NCBI RefSeq assembly: GCF_000143415.4
Contig: NW_003314396.1
Coordinates: forward strand, 100,895-164,894
Origin: Selaginella moellendorffii
Taxonomy: Eukaryota > Plantae > Lycopodiophyta
DNA length: 64,000 nucleotides
Direction: 5' to 3'
Within the stretch, counting starts at the first letter, position 1. Each line of letters starts with the position of its first letter. Made by a program: the position numbers and the translations under genes. Of the stretch, positions 39,937-51,789 are shown piece by piece. The notes under the pieces were generated by a model. The model was not told where the DNA came from. It did not search any database and saw only the letters and a list, made by a program, of their open reading frames with translations.

Positions 39937-40927
39937 AAGGCTCAACGGAAGTGGCCTACCCACGAGAAGGAATTGTTTGCGGTGGTCAAGGCGCTCAAGG
40001 AGTGGCGACACTACCTTGGGAGACACTTCAAGGTTTACACGGACAATGTGGCAACGAAACACTTCTTGTCACAGCCTGAACTAAGAGGGAAACAAGGTTG
40101 GTGGGCCATTGCCTTGGCTGAGTTTGATTGCGAGATTCTGTACAAGCCTGGGAAGAGCAACATCGTGGCGGATGCGCTAAGTCGAAAAGCGAGCTTGAGG
40201 TTGGCAATATCCAGCGCAACAGCAACCTTCTGGGACGATGTGCGGACAGCATATGAGAATGATGGTCTAGCACAAGAAGTGTTGCTGAGGAATCTAGAGG
40301 AGCGGGAAGCTCACCAGAGAGGTGAGCTGCCAAAGGAAGAGAAAACGGGCTATGCGGAACGCAACAGACTCATCTATTACAAGCAAACGAGGGTGTATGT
40401 TCCAGAAGGGGAACTAAGGAAGGTGGCCTTAGAAGAGTGTCATGACGGACCTCTTGCGGGACACGGCGGAATGCCCAAGACGATGGGCTTACTCAAAAGG
40501 AAGTACCATTGGCCAGATATGGCTAAGGACATCCAAGACTATGTAAAGACATGTCCAACATGTCAGCAGGTAAAAGCCGTGACTAAGGCTAGTGGGGGCT
40601 TGTTGCAAAGCATCCCAATTCCAGATCGCCCGTGGAAATGTCTTACGATGGACTTCATCATAAGACTCCCCCCAAGCGAGGGGTTTGATACGATATTTGT
40701 GGTGGTGGACCGATTTTCGAAAATGGCACACTTCATACCCACCACAACGGAGGTGGATGCGGAAGGTGTGGCAAAGCTGTTCTTCGAACAAGTGGTTCAA
40801 GTGCGGGGAAGACCGGAAGAGATCATCTCAAATCGAGATAAGATCTTCACCAGTAGGTTCTGGAGGACTCTCCTAGAACAGTATCGCACCAAGTTGAAAT
40901 TCAGCACAGCCTATCACCCACAGACAG

Positions 40928-40973
40928 GTATGGGGTATTAAGTCAAGTTGTTGGCACTAACACTTCTTGACAG
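40928..40973 (+). other. Putative spliceosomal intron 1 in B integrase (46 bp)
   Basis: G|GTATGG...CACTAAC...TTGACAG|AC; removal restores HPQTDGQTER. Confidence 0.82.
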
Positions 40974-41391
40974 ACGGACAAACGGAAAGGGTGAATAGGC
41001 AGCTGGAGGATTATTTGCGATGCTATGTCTCGGGAGACCAGACCGATTGGGTAAGTCATTTGGGACTTGCGGAAATGTGTTATAACAACTCACCACATTC
41101 GAGTATCGGGGTGAGTCCATGGGAAGTCATCAATGGGCGAGCTATTGAAGGTCCTGTGGAACTCGGCGTGGCCGAGTATCATGGAGAGTTGCCCGCAGTG
41201 GAGGCATTCACGGCGGAAAGACTCAGCATTTGGAATCTAGTGAGGGATTCCTTGGAACGGGCTCAACAAAGGCAAACCAAATACGCGAACCAGAAGCGTC
41301 GGGAGGTAGAGTTCCAAGCTGGGGAGAAGGTGTGGCTAAACACCAAGAACCTCAGACTACCAAGCGGGATCAGCCGAAAGTTGACCCAAAG

Positions 41392-41443
41392 GTAAAGATG
41401 CAAGTATTCCTGTAAATGAATTGATCTTGAGTTCCTTAAGCAG
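41392..41443 (+). other. Putative spliceosomal intron 2 in B integrase C-terminal region (52 bp)
   Basis: AG|GTAAAG...TTAAGCAG|G; removal restores KLTQRFAGPY. Confidence 0.82.
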
Positions 41444-42214
41444 GTTCGCGGGGCCTTACGAGATTGAGGCACGAATCGGTAAAGTGGCTTACCGACTCCG
41501 ACTTCCTCGAGAGATGGGGAAGATGCACCCAGTGTTCCACATGAACTTACTCAAGCCGTACTTTGAGGATCCGCTTCGCAAGGACCAAGTGAGACCTTTA
41601 CCTGAGGTTATCCAAGGGGAAGAGGAATATGAAGTCGAGGCCATCCTCAATGCGCGCAAGAGCAAGCAACAAGGACGCGAGGTGAGAGAGTTCCATGTGA
41701 ATTGGAAAGGATTTCCACACTGCGAAGCAACATGGGAACCGGAGGAGAACCTAGCGAACGCGCGAGATCTAGTGGAGGAATTTCTGCAAGGCAGAACTCT
41801 ATGTACTTATGCAAAATTCAATTAAAAATATCAATTTGCAAAGTTGAGCAAGTGGCATATGTTGGGACCCGAAGGCGCGCCGAAGGTAAGCTAATTAGCA
41901 TGGGTTGGATAGGTCGACCAGGCATAGGGCACTACGCCCGACTCCCCGCGGGGATGTCGAATCCGTAGACGTATTCTATGGAGGTTGGGTTCGAGTCCCA
42001 ACCCCCTAGTAAAGCAAGGCTGGGTTCAAGTCCCAACCCCATACTAGGGCGTGGTGAGGTGAGGAGTATAGGGACACCTATATTCTGTTGTCATGGGCTC
42101 TTGGCCGGGGAGGCTAACTTAGGCACACCGCTAAGTGGGGGGATGCCCCCAGAGACATGGTCAACAAGTCGTAGGATAAAATGAGACGTTCGATGTGGGC
42201 ATCGAACTTCTTCT

Positions 42215-42228
42215 ATGGGTGGTGGAGT
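42215..42228 (+). promoter_or_regulatory. PPT of B
   Basis: ATGGGTGGTGGAGT before the 3' LTR. Confidence 0.88.
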
Positions 42229-43384
42229 TGTAAGGAACCGACTCCCCGAGATGTCGTAGGCTAAAGGATCCCCAAAAGCTTGACCAAAATGACAAAGAGT
42301 TCATCGGATGGGACCAAGTCGAGGATCGAGTCCAAGACCGACTCTAGGACCGAGTTCGAGATAGAGTCCGGAATCGAGTCCGAGACCGACTCGGGGAACG
42401 AGTTCGAGTCCGAGTTTGAGACCGAGTTCGAGACGGAGTCCGAGATCCGAAATCAGGGCCGAGACCGAGTCCGAGGTCGAGTCCAAGGTCGGGTCCGAGA
42501 TCGGGTCCGAGATCGAGTCCGAGATTGAGTCCGAGACCGAATCCGAAGTCGGATCCGAAATCGGGTCCGAGATCGAGCCAGAGACTAAGTCCAAATACTA
42601 ATACGGGTCAAGGGGTGAAAGCCCAAAGCGTGCGTCTCCCAGGGGGGGGGGGCTGCAGGGGGTTCCAAAAGTATAGTAGGGATAGTGAGGTCCAGGAACC
42701 AGTTTTGAAGGGACTCTCCAGTTGGGCTTCCAAACCGACTTGAGGTTGAGACTGGGACCGAGGGGCCTTGGGTGGGAGTGAGCATGGACTTGGCTGGTGC
42801 CGGAGGGGCCATCCAAGGAAGTGCTCAAGAGCAGCTCCCACTCTCGAAGGAAACCGACTGCGGTGCTCCCGGCTCAGGTGGAGTGGTGCCCCACTTGAGT
42901 ACCTTGTGGCTCATTGGTCCTCGCCCTTCCGGGGGCTTGGGCCTTCCCTTCGGGATGGAAGAGGGGGGGTAGAGGTACCCATACCGGGCTGTTAGGCCAC
43001 GGTGTTTCGCCCCGACGTCCCGAAGTAAGTGCTGCACCCAAGGCTTGGGATTTAGAGGGTCCCATGATCAAGTCTTGTGGTACCAAGGGGTGTTAGGAAT
43101 CTGGAGGCTTGGTGTGCTTGGCTGCTTGTGTCTGCGGGGAGTGTAGCCGAACCTTAAGTCCAGTCTAACCCGGGGAGGGGGATTGGGAGAGATTTGGGAA
43201 TCCGTAGATGGATGGCTAACACTCCGTTGCTCGTGCAGTGAGTAGCTGAAACCAAGTAGGACCAAGTAGGAGCTGGTACCATAGGCGAGAACCTTGGCGA
43301 GGGAACTTAGCACAAGCCAAGGCAGAGTTGGTCGGATAGACGAGGTGAGCTAGCAAATTGGAAAGGAAAAATTTGTGGCTTACA
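42229..43384 (+). repeat. 3' LTR of B
   Basis: Near-identical to the 5' LTR, with a ~24-bp hexamer-repeat expansion. Confidence 0.95.
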
Positions 43385-44336
43385 GTGGGCTCATGCAATT
43401 TTGAACCCAAAAATGCACCAAAAAATGCTCGACTAGCATTATTCTTTGAATGGCGTGTGGCCTTATATTGCCATAAATGGACGTACACACACAGCATAAT
43501 TATTCTTTTACACGGCGAATAATCTTGGCGCGGATCGCTGACACGGCATGGCAAAGTTCGAATCACTGACATGGCACAGCTGGATCGAGGCAAGGACATG
43601 ATGTGACAAAGTTCAACCTCCAACAGCAAAATCTAGAAGCTACTCAGTTTGAAATTTGTCAGAGGAATCATAAGATCTGGTTTGTCAGAGGATTTGATGT
43701 GACGTTCAAGCATGTGTTATTTTTGAATTTTCGAACTCATTCCTAGGTCTATCATTTTTGTGCGCCGTGTTCTTGGTTCCGCTGAGCGCAGTGAGCACTG
43801 CTTGTGTAAGCGGCGTTGTGAGCTGTGGTTTATGCGTCTACAAGCGGTTGCGGCATTGCGAGCGCCATTGCGAGCGGCAGTTTATGCGAATGGCAGTTTA
43901 TGCGAGCGGCGCTACGAGCAGTTGCAGTGTTGCGAGCGGCGCTACGAGTAGTTGCGGTGTTGCGAGCGGCACTGTCTTTGGTGTGGCTACCGCTTCCTCT
44001 TGATATTCGGCACTTGTGCTTCCTGGTATGTTCACTATGGAATGGCTTAGGACCACATTTAGAAATGGCATGAGGCCACATGCCATCTTGGGCCCTTGCA
44101 ATTTCATGGCTAGCGTATTGTCATGTATGTTTTTACTTGCCTGCAGCTGTGTGTATATCAAGATAGCATGAGGCCTCATGCCAATTTTGTGAATGCAAAA
44201 TTTCACGTGGGTGTCAATAGCATGTTTGAATAATGGCATGTGGCCTCATGCTATTGAGGTTGTTTGGTATGTTATGATTTTGGCCATTCTCCAATCATTT
44301 TTTGTATGGTCTTAACTTCTTTTCTGCACTTTCAGA

Positions 44337-47300
44337 ATGGCCTTCAGGGTTGGGGAAAAGGTTTACATTTTGAATGGTGGGAAGAGAGTTGCAAAAGGGA
44401 CCCTTGTGTCTATGGATCAGAACTTTGTTATACACTGTCAAAGGCTTGGGGAAGGCAATGCTGCTGTATCAGTAGAGACTGTCTTCGATGGGAATGTGGT
44501 TGCTATTGAACGAGGAGAGATGGTCGTCGGGGTAAATATTGTTGTTGCCTTGAAAAATCTTCAGAAGAAAGCAGATGTTGGGGACAGTGCAAGTGCGACG
44601 CATGTTCCCTCCGTGGATTTTAAGAACCGTGCTACATGGATTCAGGCAAAGGTGTTTCTAAACAACCCCGAGGGGGAGGTGGTAGCTGAGGGCTTAGCCA
44701 CAGTTGTCGATCCAAGAGATGCGGTTGCTAATCAAGAATTGGGCTGGGATGATATTGGAGTTGCGATTTTAGAGGTTGTTGACACAGAAGAAAACAGTCT
44801 GACTATTGGAAGCATTGTACGGTGGAAATTGAGGCACTTAGTGTTTGAGAATGTGAAGGATTCACAATCAAACACCATTACAACTGATGACAGAACATCT
44901 CTTCATGGGAAAAGAAAGTACACCTTCCTAAAGCGCAGCCAAAGGGATCTAAGCAACGAACCGAAAAGGTAGAAAATGGCGATGGAGGTTCGAATGGTCT
45001 CGACAGTTGCTTGTTGCAAGAGGAGGTGCTGTCAGCATGCTGAGGGATGCTATTGAAGAGGAGAGAGCAAGATACAAGACATTGTCCTAGAAGGCAGCTC
45101 CCAATTTTGTGTATGAGGCATTACGGTCATCTGTTGATGCTTCAGAACATCAGGTGGGGGGCATGGTCTTCCAGAGGGGTTTGGTCTGCATGAAGGCATG
45201 GAGAATCATTTATAGAGTCCCTCGAACCACATTCTATAGAATCAAAACTGAGTTCGAGGAACAAAGGGTTCAACAGGCAGTCCATGAGAACGACGGTACG
45301 CACAAAACCAGGGGTCATGTTGTATATGGAGAGGCAATCTTCAAGAGGTTTGTCGAGATATGTAGCGAGCAGCAACCACATAAAACCCACCTCTTGGAAG
45401 ATGGAACACGAGACACCCAACGAGTTCTCCCTTCCATGTATACCAAGGGGGCCATATTGGAAGATGTGAATCGGGAACTCCAGAGTAATGGCTACAGGAA
45501 GCTGAGCCAATCTAGATTTAGTAGATTGTGGAGCAACAAGTTCAGGGATGTGAGTATAGGAAAGTACTCCAGTTTTCAAAGTGTGACGAGTGCACTACTA
45601 TCAAAATGGCTTTGTCGAAGAATTCTTGCAGCGCTCAAGAGCGAGAGATGTTGGTTAGAAGGCGGCTCGACCACAACATCGAGCAGAGAAGCTGCAGGAC
45701 TGCATATTATCATAACAGGATTCTCTCCATGGAGAGACCTGACTCTTACTTCTGCATCATCCACGACAAAATGGATCAGAAAAAGACATGCTTACCTCGA
45801 CTCAATCCTGCCTCCAAGGCAATCTCTTCATCCATGCAGCTGCCTGTGTCTCTGTTTGGCATAATCGCTCATGGGCATGGTGCCCAGAACTATGGGAACT
45901 TCTTTGTACCTCTATGGGGTGGCGGGGTGCAAACATGATGATTGCGTCCCTAGCAAAACACTTAAGGTCTCTACAAAGTGCGCAGACTGAGCTGAACGGC
46001 CAACCCTTGCATAAGGCCCTTGTCGATCGAACCCCATACAGGGTTCAGCTGGAGGAGGAGCAAAGGCTTGCAGTATCGCATGGGCCCCCATGCCATCCCA
46101 GTGAATATGTTGGCCGTCAGATTGTAGGGTTATCACGTGAGGCCTCATGCCATTCCGACGAGGCTGGTCGCCCGGTGAATGCACAGCCTCATCCAAACAA
46201 AGCAGAATCTCAAGGAAGTTCTTGCGGCCGATGTGGCCTTCCACCCCATCTTCTGCTCCAAACAGACAATGCTGGCAGTGAGAACAAAAACATGTACGTC
46301 TTCGCGTACTTGGCGATGCTTGTTGCCAAAGGCATATTTGAAACGGTTACACTTGGCTTTCTCATGGTTGGGCACACTCATGAAGACGTCGATGCCATGT
46401 TCAGTCACCTGGCAGAGTCCCTCCGGCAATCCAATGTCCTCACCCTCCCACAACTCTACGATGAATTCCAAAATTGCATCAAAGGCACTGTTGAAGCTGC
46501 ACTTGTGACAAAGGTTTCAAACTTTAAGGGGTTTGTAAGAGGCTACATCAGGGACGGATCCAAAACGCTGATTGGCCACTCCAAGCCTCTTCAGTTTCAT
46601 TTCAGCATGCGTGACGGTGCTCCAGTGATGAGGTACAAGATGAGAGAATGGGACACAGTGTGGCTGCCAGTGGACAGCATTGAACTCTTCAAGAGAGATC
46701 CCATAACTGGGGAACCTATGATTCCTCAGGGTTCCCCACGGCCGATGCACCCGGATGGACTCAAAGACCAGGAAAGTATAGTGGCCGGGATTAGACAGCA
46801 TATTGCCTTCTGGAAGAGGGTGTTGGTGTTTGGTGGAGAATCCTATTTTCAGAGGTGCAAGCCTTTGCTCGAATACTAGGAGAAGATTATATCTGCTATC
46901 CAAAATGGGCCAGTTGTATATGAAGAATTGGAAGAGTCCTTTTGGCCAGAACCCAGAGCACCAGATAGTAGCGGAACAATGTCCTCTAGAAATGCAGTGA
47001 CAGATAACGATGTTGAGGATCACTATTGTGGGCCGAGGAACAAGAAGCCGAATTCAGCATTCAATCCAGTACAGGTCTGCAAAGGAATGGTCGTGCTTGT
47101 CAGACCCAGTAATAAAAAACAAATGATATGGGTGGGGCGCTGCATCACTGATGTAGAGGAGGACACGGAAACTAACTCCTTCAATGTAACTGTGGAGTGG
47201 TTCAAGCCAAGTTCCGGATATACGAAGGATTGCCTAGAAAAGAGATGGGTGCTCAATCCAAGGGATCCCAGCATGAGCATATCGGTGGATAATGTTGTGC

Positions 47301-47401
47301 ATGGTTGGATGCGGAAGCAGAGTGCCACCATCACCTTGCCGGACCATGCAAGAGATGCAACAAGAGCATTCATAACCCGGGTTCAAGGTGAGATTCATTA
47401 A
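44337..47401 (+). pseudogene. Decayed DDD transposase, Sola1/DUF7869-like, with two N-terminal Tnp1/DUF8039-like repeats
   Basis: CCKRRCC, VCMKAW, FSKCDEC, IIHDKMDQKKTCLP, QTDNAGSENKN, FLMVGHTHEDVDAMFS. Stops at 44970 and 46877; frameshifts near 45050, 45575 and 45920. Family label is from motif recall. Confidence 0.75.
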
Positions 47402-49000
47402 TATTCCTTTACTAAGTTTCTAATGTATTTTATTTCAAGGTGAACAATCCAAATCTGAATCAGAGGAGGCGTGATGGCATGTGGCCTTACGCCATTCCTA
47501 GGTGAGATGATACAAATAACAAGTATAAATTCTTAGTTGTTCTAGCAAATCTTACTTAAAGTTCAAGGTGAACAAGCCGAATATGAATTCATCAGATTGT
47601 TATAACAAATTGCGAGGTGATGGCATGAGGCGATACGCCATTTGAGAGTGGTAGCCATTCCTATATGAGGTGAGTGAAATATTTATTAGAAATACCTCAT
47701 TCAATTGTGCACTTCTAAATCTTGGTCCACTCAGTACTGTTTGCATGTTTCTATTTTAATTCTTTCTCTAAAATGTTATTTAGCATGTGGCTTCATGCCA
47801 TTGCTCTCCACAATCATGCATTGAATTTTTCTATCCTTGCATAATACTTCTCCATATATATAGCATGTGTGCACATGTGATATGGTTCATTAGGCCTGAT
47901 ATAGTGTGTGAGGTAAAACAAAGATGATGTGACATATGCATTTACCAATCACACGTGCATAAATCTAATAATATGGCGTGTGGCCCATATTAATGGCACA
48001 TAAACCCATATTGTGGGCTTACGTGCTTTATGTACCATCATTCCCTTGCAGCGTGTGTGTTGGTTTCCTTTTATAACACAACAAACTCCATATTTTAGGG
48101 TGAAGAGCGTTCTCATGGCAAGCACAAAATCTGTAAGTGAGGCAGAAAAGGAGACAGAGAAGGAGATAGGTGAAGATGTAGAATATATAAGTCTTCCAAA
48201 CTCCCCGTACTATACTCCAGGTGATCATTTTTCTGAACAAACGGCAACATTAACAACTATTGAGAACACCCCAGTAACGTCAGAGACAACAATCCAAAGC
48301 AAAACAACTGACCCGGAGAAGGATGATAGTACCGCTGAGAGTACCAAAAAGGAGGTGTCCACTAGCGCTTAGGCTTATAATGGCGTGTGCCCTCATGCCA
48401 TTTACTTGATCACCAAATACCTTTTTCCCTTTGCACTAGTATATCTTAATACCGGTTTGAGAAATAGAATGGCATGTGCCCTCAGGCCTTTCACCTTTGA
48501 AAGAAATGCAAGCCTCTATGTCGTAAAAAAAAGGTACTAGAGAAATTCCTTAATAATATGAATGTTATTTAGTTTCATGAAAATACACTAAGGGTCAAAT
48601 GAGTTAAATGACTTCTCCAGACTAGCAATGCCTCTTGCTACACCTTCACAATTAGATTCGTTAGAAAAAGATAACATTGAATAATATCTAAATGTTCTCA
48701 CCATTAAGTTATATGTCTGGCTAATAGGAATGACGTTCATCTTGGAAAGCTCACCACACGCTCAATGAACAAACAAATAGTGTGTGCGCGCATGCCATTG
48801 CTCTTCTTTAGCTTCAGATTCGGCTTGTTCACCTTGACAATGAGATTTATTATACAACCAGATGGACTCAGTCTGGACACAAATTCACCGCACTAGTCAC
48901 TATACCCCAGATATGTCTAGCCCCTAGACAAAAAACATATCATTTCACGTCATTTTCAAATACTTGAAAATTTGTATCTAGTCCCATTTTACTGAATAAA

Positions 49001-49021
49001 TCCCACTTTAACGAAATAGAG
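49001..49021 (-). repeat. Right terminal inverted repeat
   Basis: TCCCACTTTAACGAAATAGAG. Confidence 0.85.
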
Positions 49022-49997
49022 TTTAGACCGAGTTCGAGATAGAGTCCGGGATCGAGTCCAAGGCCGAATCGGAGACCGAGTTCGAGACCGAGTTTGAGAC
49101 CAAGCTCGAGACAGAGTCTGAGATCCAAATCGAGTCCGAGACCGAGTCCGAGGTCGACTCCGAAGTCGAGTCCGAGATCGGGTTCGAGTCCAAATACTAA
49201 TACGGGTCAAGGGGTGAAAGCCCAAAGCATGCGTCTCCCAGGGGCGGGGGGGGGGGGCTGCTGGGGGTTCCAAAAGTATAGTAGGGAAGGGATAGTGAGG
49301 TCTAGGAATCAGTCTTGAAGGAACTCTCTAGTGGTGCTTCCAAACTGACTTGAGGTTGAGATTAGGGCCAAGGGGCCTTGGGTGGGAGTGAGCATGGGCT
49401 TGAGTGGTGCCAGAGGGGCCACCCAGGGAAGTGCTCAAGAGCAGCTCCCATTCCCGAAAGAGAAACCGACTGCGGTGCTCCTGGCTCATGTGGAGTGGTG
49501 CCCCACTTGAGTACCTTGTGGCTCATTGGTCCTCGCCCTTCCTAGGGGCTTGGGCCTTCCCTTCGGGATGGAAGTGGGGGGGTAGAGGTACCCATACCGG
49601 GCCGTTAGGCCACGGTGTTTCACCCCGATGTCCCAAAGCAAGTGTTGCACCCAAGGCTTGGGATTTAGAGGGTCCCATGATCAAGTCTTGTTGTACCAAG
49701 GGGTGTTAGGAACCTGACGGCTTGGTGTGCTTGGTTGCTTGTGCCTACAGGGAGTGTAGCCGAACCTTAAGTCCAATCTAACCCGGGGAGGGGGATTGGG
49801 AGGGATTTGGGAATCCGTGGATGGAAGGCTAACTCTCCGTTGCTCATGTAGTGAGTAGCTGAAACCAAGTAGGACCAAGTAGGAGCTGGTACAATAGGCG
49901 AGAACCTTGGCAAAGAAACTTAGCACAAGCCAAAGCAGTGTTGGTCGGATAGACGAGGTAAGCTGGCAAATTGGAAAGGAAAAATTTGTGGCCTACA
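49022..49997 (+). mobile_element. 5'-truncated B-subfamily LTR
   Basis: Similar to the B LTR, ends TGTGGCCTACA; abuts the right TIR and the tandem repeats of A4. Confidence 0.85.
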
Positions 49998-51590
49998 CCA
50001 AGATGGACCCGAGATGGAGTCCGAGATGGAGTTCGAGATGGACCCGAGATGGAGTCCGAGATGGACCAAGACAGAGTCTGAGATGGACCCGAGATGGAGC
50101 CCGAGATGGACCGAGACAGAGTCCGAGATGGACCCGAGATGGAGTCCGAGATGGACCGAGACGGAGTCCGAGATGGAGTCTGAGAAGGACCCAAGATGGA
50201 GTCCGAGGTCGAGACCGGGACCGAGACCGAGACTGAGGCCCAGGCCGAGACTGAGCCCGAGCCCGAGTCCGAGTCCGAGTTCGAGTTCGAGTCCGAGTTT
50301 GAGTCTGAGAGGGTGAAAGCCCAAAGCGTTCATCTCCCAGACCTTGGGGGGTTTGGTGAGCTCCAAAAGTATAGTAAGGGGGAGGACTGCAGTGGAGCTA
50401 GTTTGGCCAGGAAAGGCCAGTTTGGCCCAAGAAGGCTAGACCCAGTGTTGGGTGATGAACTGACCACTGGGAAGTCCAAGACTAGAGTGAATACAGACCG
50501 ACAAATGGGGTAGCTTGGTGAAGTGTTCAAGAGTCGGCTCTAGTTTCCCTCAAGAGATCGACTGGCCGATGCTCCCAGTCCAAGTGTGGGTGGCACTACC
50601 ACTTGGATACCTAGTGTGGCTCAACAGAACCTCGCTCTAAGCCCATAGCTAGAGCACCTAAAGGCAGAAGGTGGGGAGAGTACCCACGGGGCTCGCGTAG
50701 GGCCACGGTGTTCTGAAATGTTGTCCCGAAGTCCCAAATGGGTGTAAGGAGGAGGAGAAATCCTCTAGTGTAGTGACTACGGATACGGTCACATGGTAAG
50801 GAAGTCCCAGAGGACAATGGGACTTAGTGGCCAGGCCTGCAGGCCTTGATCTAGTGGCAATGTTGGATACGGCCATGGACGGAAAAAGGACTTGGCAAGA
50901 ACTGACAAAGGGATGTTGGGGAAGGTTATTCCCCATATCTGTGGGCATCCTAAGGATGCTAAGGAGTGGATTTAGGATGACCACTCATGGATGGATGGCC
51001 CAGTCTTGGAGAGACGGGATTGTGATGCAAGTGGTATTGGACCACTAGTGCGGCAAAGGTGAATGGGCATGGCCTTAGCATAACGGGCCAATATGTTAGT
51101 GGTACCTTTGGGTGTTGGTCTTGGGATTGCACATGTAGAGCACTTAGACCAAGTGCAAGAGATGAGTGGCATGGATGCCATTCTCGGGACTAGCAAGTCC
51201 CAAGTCTAGAATTGGACTTAAGGAGGTCGTGAATGAGACTCCTCCAAGTGGTCAGAGGTGTGGTTAAGTGACTAAAGTAGAATGGAAAATTTAGTCACTT
51301 ACAACTTGGTATTGGAGCGGTTTCTTAGTCTGACTTTTATTGGTGCTCAAGTATATCACCATTGATGTTGGCATCAGAAGGTCCTAGGAGTGGGCCTATC
51401 CTTGAAGAGTAGCATGTCAAGAGGACATGGCTCTCCACTCAAATTCATGCATGAACTTGGGCGCGATATGGTGGATAGAAAAGGGCCAGTAAAGGAACGA
51501 CTTTGGGATCTTGGGAATAGTATAAGGATTTCCTCAGAGAGTTGAGGATGTGATCCAGATGAGCGTTTGACTTAGCAAACTGGTTGATGT
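49998..51590 (+). mobile_element. Family A copy A4 (partial 5' LTR to 51303, PBS 51307-51318, short interior)
   Basis: Matches A1 up to about 1710; PBS TGGTATTGGAGC. Confidence 0.87.
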
Positions 51591-51789
51591 GGATTATCAG
51601 GGGAGTTTGTTTTGACATTGCAGAGTTCAACCATTAATGGCAATGAAGGAGAGGATGGTGGAGATCACTGGCCATATCTCTGCAGTAACGATTCTCACAT
51701 CAGAAAAGGAGGAAAACATTCTCAAAGCAAGAAAACAAAAAGGGAGTGTCAGTCATTACTCTTACCTATACATTATTGTAGAGCTCAAA

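Larger units (their letters stand above)
36745..41825 (+). pseudogene. gag-pol polyprotein of B (gag, zinc knuckle, aspartic protease, RT, RNase H, integrase, chromodomain)
   Basis: [39 protein letters not shown] plus HPQT/DGQTER, GPY, YEVEAIL...WKGF...TWEP. Gag and pol share one frame with in-frame stops at 37429 and 37756; two introns in integrase; an N gap in RNase H. Confidence 0.92.
35552..43384 (+). mobile_element. Full-length Ty3/gypsy chromovirus, family B
   Basis: LTRs 35552-36685 and 42229-43384 (TG...CA), 5-bp TSD GTGGG, PBS, PPT, and gag-PR-RT-RH-IN-chromodomain order. Confidence 0.96.
27866..49021. mobile_element. Large TIR DNA transposon (Sola1/DUF7869-like transposase plus a divergent accessory gene), with nested gypsy B
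   Basis: Perfect 21-bp inverted termini CTCTATTTCGTTAAAGTGGGA; DDD-type transposase motifs; an element-specific palindrome confined to this interval. No TSD found because the two flanks are unrelated retroelements. Confidence 0.75.

Noticed and set aside
41792-41843. Third intron after the B chromodomain
   Set aside because: AT-rich and intron-sized, but the donor is GCAGAA and no conserved motif is restored by removing it.
48013-48372. Third gene in the TIR element
   Set aside because: Short acidic low-complexity ORF with no recognisable domain; could be an exon but is unsupported.
27960-48798. CRISPR-like interpretation of the recurring palindrome
   Set aside because: Irregular spacing from tens of bp to kb, location in introns and exons, no cas genes, eukaryotic context.
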